In this document: positions 27,825 to 41,175 of the stretch, piece after piece
How the letters are laid out: every line of letters starts with the position of its first letter
Position numbering within the stretch: the stretch's first letter is position 1
DNA from: Prorocentrum cordatum
Lineage: Eukaryota
NCBI GenBank assembly: GCA_963575745.1
Contig: CAUYUJ010000325.1
Coordinates: forward strand, 620,001-661,175
Direction: 5' to 3'
DNA length: 41,175 nt
Program-made: the position numbers and the translations under genes
Notes under the pieces: model-generated
What the model was told of the DNA's origin: nothing
The model's database searches: none
The model's input: the letters and a program-made list of their open reading frames with translations, nothing else

Positions 27825-28960
27825 ATGAATCGCGAGGAACCCCTGAGCGACAGCGCGATTCCAAAATAGATCTCGTCAGGAAATCCAGAACGAGAGCGTA
27901 ATTCCTGAGCGTGGAGGGCGCGGCGCCTGAATCAATCGCGAGGAAGTCCCAAGCCACAGCGCGTTTCCTGAGTGTCAAAAGCGCGACGCCTGAATAGATT
28001 AGATGGCGAGGAAATATCAGGCGAGTGCGCTTTCCTATCAAAAATTGCAAGGAGGTCCTCAGCGAGAGCACGATTCTTCAATAAATCGCATGGAAATATC
28101 AGGCGGGAACCGCTGCTGTTGTAAATCAGGGGCCAGGGGCAGGAGTTTGAGCAGAAAGACTTCCCCAGGTAAAAACACCGCGAGCCCTGGGAGGGGCACT
28201 TCAGTGGAAAAACACGCATATCACGCAAATGCGTGAACCCGGCATAATTCGCAACGAAATCTCGGGCGAGAGCGCGATTCCGAATTAAGTTGGGAGAAGT
28301 CCCAGGCGAGAGCGCGATTCCTGGATGGGGAGGGCGTGGGGCCTGAATAAACTGCAAGGAAGTCACAAGCGAAGGCGCGACTCTTGTGTAAATTGCAAGG
28401 CAGTCCCAAGCGAGAGCGCGATTCATCAGTAAATTGCAAAGAAACATCAAGCGGGAACAGTTGTTGTCGTCGTCGTCGTCGTCGGTGTTGCTGTTGTTGT
28501 TGAACTCTCAATACTGAAGAATCATTATTGTTGATCCCCCCTCCGGTGCACATAGTACTGTTTCAGTTGAAGTGCCCCTCCCGGCGCTCGCACCCTGTTT
28601 CTTATCAGGGAAAGCCTTCCTCCTCAAACAAAACCCCTAGCCCCCGGGCTACAATAACAACAGCTCCCCCCTGAGACTTCCGCAAAATTTAGCCAGGACC
28701 CCCGCTCTCGCCAGAGATTTCCTCGCATTGTATTCAGGAATCGCGCTCTCGCTTGGGACTTCCTAACAATTTATTCAAGAATCGCTCTCTCGGCGCTCTG
28801 GAATCCCACTCTAGCTGGAGACTCGCTTGCAATCTACTCAAGAATAGCGCTTTTGCGTTGGAACTTCCCGAAATTTACTCATGCGCCGCGCTCTCGACAT
28901 TCAGGCACCCAGGAGTCGCGCTCACGCTTGGACATCCCTCGCAGATTACTCAGGAATACC
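27825..28960. repeat. Degenerate ~40-41-bp repeat arrays, forward (27825-28455) and inverted (28680-28960); second copy at +3168
   Basis: Consensus near caagcgagagcgcgattcctgaataaattgcaaggaagtcc. Unit starts at 28366, 28407, 28448. Reverse-complement units from 28737. Confidence 0.85.
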
Positions 28961-29793
28961 CCTCGTGGCCCCGTTGCAGCCCTTCGCGGCCCCCCCTCGC
29001 TGCCTTTCGTGGACCCGTTGCAGCCCGTCGTGGCCCCGTTGCAGCCCTTCGTGGCCCCGTTGCAGCCCTTCGTGGCCCCGTTGCAGCCCTTCGTGGCCCC
29101 CTCGCTGCTCTTTTCGGCCCCGTTGCAACCCTTCGTGGCCCCCTCGCTGCCTTTCGTGGCCCCGTTGCCCGTTGCACCCCTTCGTGGCCCCCTCGCTGCC
29201 CTTCGCGGCCCGGTTTCAATCCTTCACGGCCCCCTCGCTGACGCTCGTGGCCCCGTTGCAGCCCTTCGCGGCTCCCTCGCTGCCCTTCGCGGCCCGGTTG
29301 CAGCCCTTCAAGGCCCCCTCGCTGGCCTTCGTGGCCCCATATCTGCATGCCCCCTGTGGCCCCCGCTCGTTCGCGCCCGTCGTTGCCCCATGCGCATGCC
29401 CTTCGTGGCGCCGCCGTCGCCTTTCGCGGCCCGGTTGCTGCCCTTCGTGGCCCCGTTGCTGCCCTCACTGGCCCCGCCCTTGCCCTCCGCGGCCCAATAT
29501 ACGCACGCCCTTCGTGGCCCCCGTTCGACCGCGCCCATCGCGGCACCATGCGCCTTCCCTTCGCGGCCCCGCCGTCGCCTTTGGCGGCCCCCTCGCTGTC
29601 CCACGCGGCCACGTTGCTACCATCAGTGGCCCCGTCGTTGCCCTCTGTGGCGCCGCATTATCTGCCCTTCGTGGCCCCCGCTCGATCGCGCTCGTCGTGG
29701 CCCCATACGCATTCCCTTCGCGTTCCCGCCGTCGCCCTTCGTGGCCTACTTCGTGCTCTGCGTGGCCCTGCTGTCGTTGTCTCTCTCTTGTTT

Positions 29794-29847
<54 letters not shown>

Positions 29848-30265
29848 ATCGTTTTCGCTCGTCGTCGTCGTCGCCGTCGTCGACGTTGTCGTCGCCGTCG
29901 CGGTCGGCCCCCTGTCCGCCCTTTTTGGGGTCGGGCTGCCGCCGATCAGCGGCGCCGCTGGCCAGGCCGACGGCCCGCGGCCGCCGCGCCGCTTGCCGGG
30001 GCCCAGCCTGCAGGGAAGAAACGCACCCCCCAAAAAAAAAAAAAAAAAAAAAAAACACGGGCACGACCGAAGACGAAAAACGCGGGCATCGAGGGTTTAC
30101 GAAATACGCGTTGCCAGACACTCGAAGCCGCCGTTGTTGCTGTTGTTGTCGTTGCTGACGTCGGGGGCCAGGGGCGCAAGTTAAGCAAGATGTTCAATGA
30201 TCAGGAACAGTGGGCGAACCCAAGGAGGGGCACTTCAATTGGAAAACGCATGTGTTACCGGAGGG
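28539..30265. mobile_element. Putative non-autonomous inverted-repeat element, copy 1
   Basis: Left end ccctccggtgcacat..tttcagttgaagtgcccctcc is an imperfect reverse complement of right end ggaggggcacttcaattggaaaacgcatgtgttaccggaggg. No coding content. Confidence 0.5.
28961..29770 (+). repeat. 21-bp minisatellite (ttgcagcccttcgtggccccg and variants); second copy at ~32129-32940
   Basis: Direct inspection. Produces the 7-aa periodic ORFs. Confidence 0.92.
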
Positions 30266-30712
30266 CTCATCATCATCATTATCACAATAATATTAATCCG
30301 CGTTGCCTCCTCCTCTTCGTTCTCATCGTCATCATCCTCCTCGTCCACATCATCACCAGCAGCATCATCACCATCCTCATGATCACCGTCAGCATCATAA
30401 CCATCATCAGCAGTACCACCATCATAAGAATAATTATCATCATACGCATTGCCATCATAATCATCTCCATCGTCAGAATCAACACCAGCATCACCAACAG
30501 TATCGCCAACATAATTATCATCAGAATCAGCAGCAGCATCAGCACCATCACCACCACCATCACCACCATCATCATCATCATCATGGTCAGCATCATCACC
30601 ATCAACGACATCATCATGATCATATCCTTTCACGCCCCCCAGCACATCCGAGCACGAAGCTCGCGCGAGCGAGGCGGGAGAGAGAGAGAGAGAGAGAGAA
30701 AAAAAAAAAAAA

Positions 30713-30767
<55 letters not shown>

Positions 30768-30768
30768 G

Positions 30769-30885
<117 letters not shown>

Positions 30886-31706
30886 CAGAAAACACGTAGC
30901 TGAACCAGACTGCCGGATCGGGCAGGTAGACCCTAACAGGCGGGCCCAAACGGCCAGGTCGAGCAGGCGGGTTGCTGAAGCGTGCGTCCTGCATGAATCG
31001 CGAGGAACCCCTGAGCGACAGCGCGATTCCAAAATAGATCTCGCCAGGAAATCCAGAACGAGAGCGTAATTCCTGAGCGTGGAGGGCGCGGCGCCTGAAT
31101 CAATCGCGAGGAAGTCCCAAGCCACGGCGCGTTTCCTGAGTGTCAAAAGCGCGACGCCTGAATAGATTAGATGGCGAGGAAATATCAGGCGAGAGCGCTT
31201 TCCTATCACAAATTGCAAGGAAGTCCTCAGCGAGAGCACGATTCTTCAATAAATCGCATGGAAATATCAAGCGGGAACCGCTGCTGTTGTAAATCAGGGG
31301 CCAGGGGCAGGAGTTTGAGCAGGAAGACTTCCCCAGGTAAAAACACCGCGAGCCCTGGGAGGGGCACTTCAGTGGAAAAACACGCATATCACGCAAATGC
31401 GTGAACCCGGCATAATTCGCAACGAAATCTCGGGCGAGAGCGCGATTCCGAATTAAGTTGGGAGAAGTCCCAGGCGAGAGCGCGATTCCTGGATGGGGAG
31501 GGCGTGGGGCCTGAATAAACTGCAAGGAAGTCACAAGCGAAGGCGCGACTCTTGTGTAAATTGCAAGGCAGTCCCAAGCGAGAGCGCGATTCATCAGTAA
31601 ATTGCAAAGAAACATCAAGCGGGAACAGTTGTTGTCGTCGTCGTCGTCGTCGGTGTTGCTGTTGTTGTTGAACTCTCACTATTGAAGAATCATTATTGTT
31701 GATCCC

Positions 31707-33550
<1,844 letters not shown>

Positions 33551-33960
33551 CTCATCATCATTATCACAATAATATTAATCCGCATTGCCTCCTCCTCTTC
33601 GTTCTCATCGCCATCATCCTCCTCGTCCACATCATCGCCAGCAGCATCATCACCATCCTCATGATCACCGTCAGCATCATAACCATCATCAGCAGTACCA
33701 CCATCATAAGAATAATTATCATCATACGCATCGCCATCATAATCATCTCCATCGTCAGAACCAACACCAGCATCACCAACAGTATCGCCAACATAATTAC
33801 CATCAGAATCAACAGCAGCATCAGCACCATCACCACCACCATCACCACCATCATCATCATCATCATGGTCAGCATCATCACCATCAACGACATCATCATG
33901 ATCATATCCTTTCACGCCCACCCAGCGCACCCGAGCACGAAGCTCGCGCGAGCGAGGCGG

Positions 33961-36169
<2,209 letters not shown>

Positions 36170-36835
36170 TTTCTAGTGACGACAGGAGCCAGCCGATGCG
36201 CGAGACCCGACTGGTCAGCCTCGCTCCTGGATTTGAGCGCTGCCGGGCCCAGGAGTGAGCTCCCAAAGGTTAGAAGCTTAAATGGCTATGGGATCGCGCC
36301 AGAAGGAAATTTGAAGAGGGGGAGTAAGGAGGGGAAAGGATGCAGTGGGCGAAGGGAAGGGAGAGGGAGATAGATCCCACCCTGACTTAACCAAGGTGGC
36401 GCCCCGAACGCGGGCGGCCGCGCTGGCGCACACCCCCCGGCCCGCGTCTCAGCGGAGCGCGCCATGCGCCCAAGATCCCAGCCACCAGCCCGCGGATCGC
36501 ATCCCAGACTGCAATGAATGCGCGTCATTCTGGCTGTAGAAATTCAAGCTCACACCAGAGAAGTCCACCCACTGTTGCAAGATCTTTGCCCCCCATGCGT
36601 TGGACATCCGGAGGGCCCAACACGCTTCCAACATTTCAATGTAGCGCCCCAGCGTCGGCGGCGGTGGAAATGCGAACTTCGCACAAGTCGGGAGGAAGAC
36701 ACAGAGAATACCCAACGCGACAATCATCTTGACAGCCAGGAGCTCGACGCGAAGGAACTGGAACACGACGCGGAGAAACTGGGAACAGCAGCTCCGCGAA
36801 GCTCTCGCCTCGCACCGGCTAGATGTCGAAGAGAC

Positions 36836-37643
36836 TCAGGACGCGACGCCACGGATCACACTCATGACCGCCACCGCCTTCTCCTTCTTCGTGCGGGGGG
36901 CCGGATCCACCTCCGAGGAGGCGATGAGCTTGTTCGCTTGGGTCATGACCACGCGGCTCGCGAGGGCCGACTCCACAAACGCCGTCATCTCCTTCAGCGT
37001 CTTGTTCTCGGGGACGTCGTCGTAGGAGCCCACCGCCGACTGTGGCCGCCCCATCTCCGCCCTGGAGAGGGCAGGTTGACCGGATGCCGCAATTGCTGGT
37101 GCCGCCATCGCGCCGCGCTTCGGTCGGGCTCGGGCGGGCTCCTCCTCGTCCGGCTCCTCCTGCTCCTTCTTCTTCTTCTTCTCCAGCTCGGCGAGCTTGG
37201 CCGACGTAATCTTCTGGATCTCCGACTCGAATGTCGAACGTGGAATTTAGCGAGGCGGCCAACGCCTCGCCCTGGCTTCTCAGCGCCTGCTCGTCCTCCC
37301 TGGCACGCTTCTCGTTGACGTCAGCCGCGTACTCTGGATCAACCTTCGCCAGGCGTTTGCGCAACTTCTCCACCTTCGTGTCCTTGTCCTCCTCGGCCGA
37401 CTCGGGCCCGTCGACGTGGCCCAGCGCCTCGTACTTCCCCCATTTGCCTTTGCCGCTGCCAGAGCCGTACCACCAGTCGTCGTAGTAGCCGTCGAGGCCG
37501 TAATAGTACGCGCGCGGGTTGTAGCTGTCGGCGTAGGCGCACCCCTTGCCGCGCTGCTTGCCCTTGCCGGACGGGCCCTTGCAGCAGCGCAGGTCGCGAG
37601 GGATGCTTCGATCGCCCCCTCGACCCTTCGAGCCGCCACCCAT
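36836..37643 (-). pseudogene. Accessory region downstream of the PLE RT (GKG/RGG- and Tyr/Trp-rich, coiled coil, basic helical end)
   Basis: MGGGSKGRGG..YYDDWW..KVEKLRKRLAK, in frame with the RT thumb. Frameshift near ~37230 into KLAELEKKKKKE..APRTKKEKAVAVMSVIRG. Confidence 0.5.
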
Positions 37644-40600
37644 CGGCACGCGGCACTGCAAGCGTTGAAGGATCACCCAGCATCTGACTCGGATTCGAAC
37701 TCTCTGAGCCACACTACTCCACGGCATTCGAAAGACACGCGCTCGAATGAGGGGAAGAGGATAGTTGACAAGGAACATTTCGAGAATCAACTCGCCCAGA
37801 CAAACAACCGAGAAGCCCAGCGGAAGCCTCATCGCTCTCGCCCGCGCCATCCAGCTCATAAATATGCCATAGACGGACCCAAAGCTTCGGTGTAACACGC
37901 CAGCCCATGGGATGATCGTCGTAGACTCGCGTCGCGCAGCGGAGCCGAACAGCCACCCCCTGTTAACGTTTTTGGGGTAAACGAAAACACTGTTGCTGAC
38001 TGCATGGGCCTCCAAATCGAGCCACTGGACCGACTACGCCGGCGAATCTAGAGAGCAGGCTGGGGACAGCTGGACATCGTAAGTTGTTGACATATGAGCG
38101 ACGTACACTTCCGACAGAAAGCCGAGCTGATCGTGATCACATCATCCACGAATCGGCGTGACCTAACTGCGTAGCCCCCGGGAGGAGGGGGAGGGAAGCC
38201 TTTCTCCACAAACCTCGATGCGCCCCGCTTGGCCTGCTCCTCCTGACAAGCCAACAGGACAGACAAGCTAACACCTGAGAACACTCCACCGATCGGTAGC
38301 CCAGCTAACTCGAACACGTGGCCAGCCACGCACGCCAGGCTCAGCCAGCAGTACACCGTAAGTCCTTTCATTGTCACATCAGTATGAATTCGGAACCACC
38401 CTGCAGGGGTGGTCTCAGCAGCTTCCACAACATGTACTTTCTTCCCCTTCTTGACCAAGACTGCTTTCGATGGAATCCGGGTGCAAATCAATGTGACCAA
38501 GTACTGCCAGGCACGCAAAATGACCGACGACGTGCACTGTTCGCACGCCTGGTCGGCATCCCCGACCACCACGGACAGCGGTTCCTTTGAGTCGCCACAC
38601 CGCCGGCACACATTGGAGACAGCCACGGGCAGGTCCTCGACGGCATCCTCGAAGGCAGTAGCAGCGCGGCCAATCTCCAAGACCTCGACCCCAAGCTTGG
38701 CCATGTGGATGAGGCCACGAGCCGCTCGTCCAAGGTAGTTGAAGCCCACTGCGCCGGGGCGCCCGCTCGTGTCAACCACCCGGCGGACGCACGAGCGGCC
38801 TTCCTTGCAGCACGTGCGCACTCCAGATGTGCTGAAGCATTTCTCCTTGATGAGCGGGAAGACGAAGGGCGCCGTCGCGCGGGCGTTGGGAGGCGGCAGC
38901 TGCCGCCCCCCCCCTCAACCACGGCGGCAGGGCTGCGAAAGCTCGCGCCCATGTCCAGGCCTTGAGTTGCGCCACGGACAGGCCAGGCCCATGGCGCCAC
39001 GCCTTGTCTTTGAGCACGGTCACCAGGACATAGCGCAACATGTCAGGGCCGTGGGCCCGCCACACCTGGCCCTTGTTCTTGTCGCCCGCCACGATAATGT
39101 CATCGCCGTCGACGTCGCACGCCAATCTCATGATATCCTCCATATCCTGCCACTCCGGCGGGGGGGCAGGGTCAGCCAAGTGGAAAGATGACGCTATAGT
39201 CTTGATCTTTGAAGCAGCCCTCGAAATAAGTTGGGGGTTCAGCCGCAGCCTCGCACTCCACGATGACAATGTGCTTCGAAGATCGGCCCCAACACACCTC
39301 GACGTAGCCCACGCTGGAAGTCGCCAAACACCTGGTAAAGCACGGAGCCGGAAAGGCGAAGCAGGAGTACACGACGGTGGGACTGGCACCGCGGCAACAG
39401 AATTGAGCTTGAAAAACTTCGAGCCGGAGACGCGATCTTGCCAAACAGGCGACTTCACATATGCCACGCGGATGCGGCTCTGAATCCATCTCCGGGAGAT
39501 GTCAATACGCATCTGGGACACCACCGCGCGCACACTACGGCGTAGAAGTTCTCGATGTGACGGCATCCCACACGCTGCGGGCACTCGGGCAACTGGGGCG
39601 CGGATAGATGGAAGACCGACACAACGCATCACGCGGCCCAGGCCCAAAAATGCAGCGTAGACTCGGTGGTAGGAGACCAAGACCTCTGGAGCTAGACCTG
39701 CGGCGCGAAGAAACACATCTGCCAACTCCAGCTTGGGCCATCTCGGCACGGCAATGGACGGTCGTCGGCGCGCCACCCACGCCAGGAGCAAGCCCACGCG
39801 GTCGAAGTCGCACAGAAACAATGGGCCTATCTGGCCAGAGACCGCACGCCACTCGCGCTGCTGGCGACGATAGACTGAGCTAAAGGGGCCCCGGGCGCCC
39901 AGAGCACCCGGTAGTAGATCACGCCACGTGCGGGGCGTCCTTTGCCTGCAGACCAAAGGAAACGCAGTTCCCCACACCGAGTGCTGCGCCGACGCTGATG
40001 CAGTCGTCGTAGACGGGGAACGCGTCGAAGAGGGAGGAAGAATAAAGAGCCCAACGCCCGACGAAGAACAGCGCAACGAGGGCGGTGTCCCGCCCCCCGG
40101 CACGGCTGGAACAGACAGCGAAGATGCCCCTGAAGTCGCGCTCCAACGCCAGGAAGAGCTTGTCGGCATAGGGACGTCTTGCCCAATTAAACGCCACCGT
40201 GCGAGCTCAACAGATACACAATCGATGTCAGACCTCCGGCGGGACCATCACAGACCCGTCGGGCGAAGTGGAATATGTCAGCGTTCTGTCCTTTGAGCGC
40301 GCTCAGCCACTCCGACGGTAGACAGCCAGAAACACGCCGAGCCCATGCACGGGGACGGCGTTGCTCTATTTCCCAACGAAGCCTGAGACCGCCCGAGACA
40401 ATGAGCAGGTGCGATACTGCAAACATCAGCCACCCTCCGAGGAGAGGTCGATGGCCTTTCGACGTGCCATCGACGATGCCCACGACGCCTGCCAGCACGG
40501 TCGCAATTGGAGCCTTGGCGGTGGGAATGTTCACCTGCTCCCAGGCCCAGGATGCCAGCGCGCGGGCACGGCCTTCCCGCGAGCCACATCGATCCCCAAA

Positions 40601-40804
40601 AAGAACTTCACGAAGCCAACCGCGCGTCCTCCTCTCGGCGCAAACTGGTCGAGGCCAGGCGACCGGGCCCCCATGTCTAAGCACAGGTCCTGGCCGACGT
40701 GCATCAGCATCTTCGGCGGCTTCCCGAAGCACCTGTGAAGGATGCAGAGGAACGCCCCAAGCTGCCGCCTCTTGTGACAATGGCGACGACGATGACGACG
40801 ACAT
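37644..40804 (-). pseudogene. PLE GIY-YIG endonuclease - reverse transcriptase, frameshifted
   Basis: IVYLLSSHGGV*LGKTS..RLQGHLR (IVY 40214-40222, TAA 40187-40189 where Tyr is expected), DKN ~39075-39083, PFVFPLIKEKC ~38870, FVDD 38141-38152. Confidence 0.8.
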
Positions 40805-41093
40805 AGTAACACTTGGGAGACTGATTCATGAAGCTGCGGCCCCACCGGAGTCGGGCAATAATTGTCACAGGTAGCCTTGCCCAGATTGGCCAGCACCAGA
40901 ATGCGCAAGCCTCCGAGGGCGTCGCAGAGCAGGACGGGGAAGAGCAGAATCACGTGGAAGAGAAAGAAGAATATGTAATGGCGCACGCACTGTGAGCCAG
41001 GGTCCGCGAGTGCCCGACGCCCAGTTAAAGGCCGGAATCCCACGCGCGTCATGAGAGTTTGTTCCCAGCGACGACAGGGGCCAGCCGATGTGC

Positions 41094-41122
41094 GAGAGAG
41101 AGAGAGAGAGACAGAGATAAAG

Positions 41123-41175
<53 letters not shown>
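41094..41175 (+). repeat. (GA)n microsatellite
   Basis: Direct inspection. Confidence 0.95.

Noticed and set aside
27825..29770. CRISPR-like array
   Set aside because: Units are head-to-tail and degenerate with no unique spacers, there are no cas genes, and the context is eukaryotic.
28530..30275. piggyBac assignment of the inverted-repeat element (CCCT..AGGG ends)
   Set aside because: No TTAA or other clear target-site duplication at the flanks.
36170..36830. Hammerhead ribozyme expected in PLE ends (also checked ~40400-41097)
   Set aside because: No CUGANGA..GAAA core found by eye on the element strand. An Infernal search is needed to exclude variants.

Overview
Eukaryotic, GC-rich, microsatellite-laden DNA. 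It is almost certainly dinoflagellate, because a perfect 22-nt dinoflagellate spliced leader (DinoSL) lies at 6239-6260 (-). No host gene could be supported. The window is a nest of mostly decayed minus-strand retroelements. (1) LINE-A (1-6260) is capped by DinoSL, and its RNase H appears split by a ~205-aa unknown insert. (2) LINE-B is cut in frame by (3) a complete 6.7-kb tyrosine-recombinase (YR; Ngaro/PAT-type split direct repeat) retrotransposon. (4) A second, diverged 6.7-kb YR element has the same layout: small membrane-protein ORF, gag, RT/RNaseH, nested YR, C5 DNA methyltransferase, plus an SL-like motif at the end of repeat A. (5) A LINE ORF1-like remnant carries SL relics. (6) A ~3.2-kb tandem duplication holds a satellite-filled inverted-repeat element. 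(7) There is a 2.2-kb purine tract. (8) A Penelope-like element has an N-terminal GIY-YIG and extra ORFs. The best candidate for an undescribed system is the YR family: DNMT cargo, a conserved 5' membrane-protein ORF and SL mimicry in the terminal repeat. All calls come from motifs read by eye; no database search was run.
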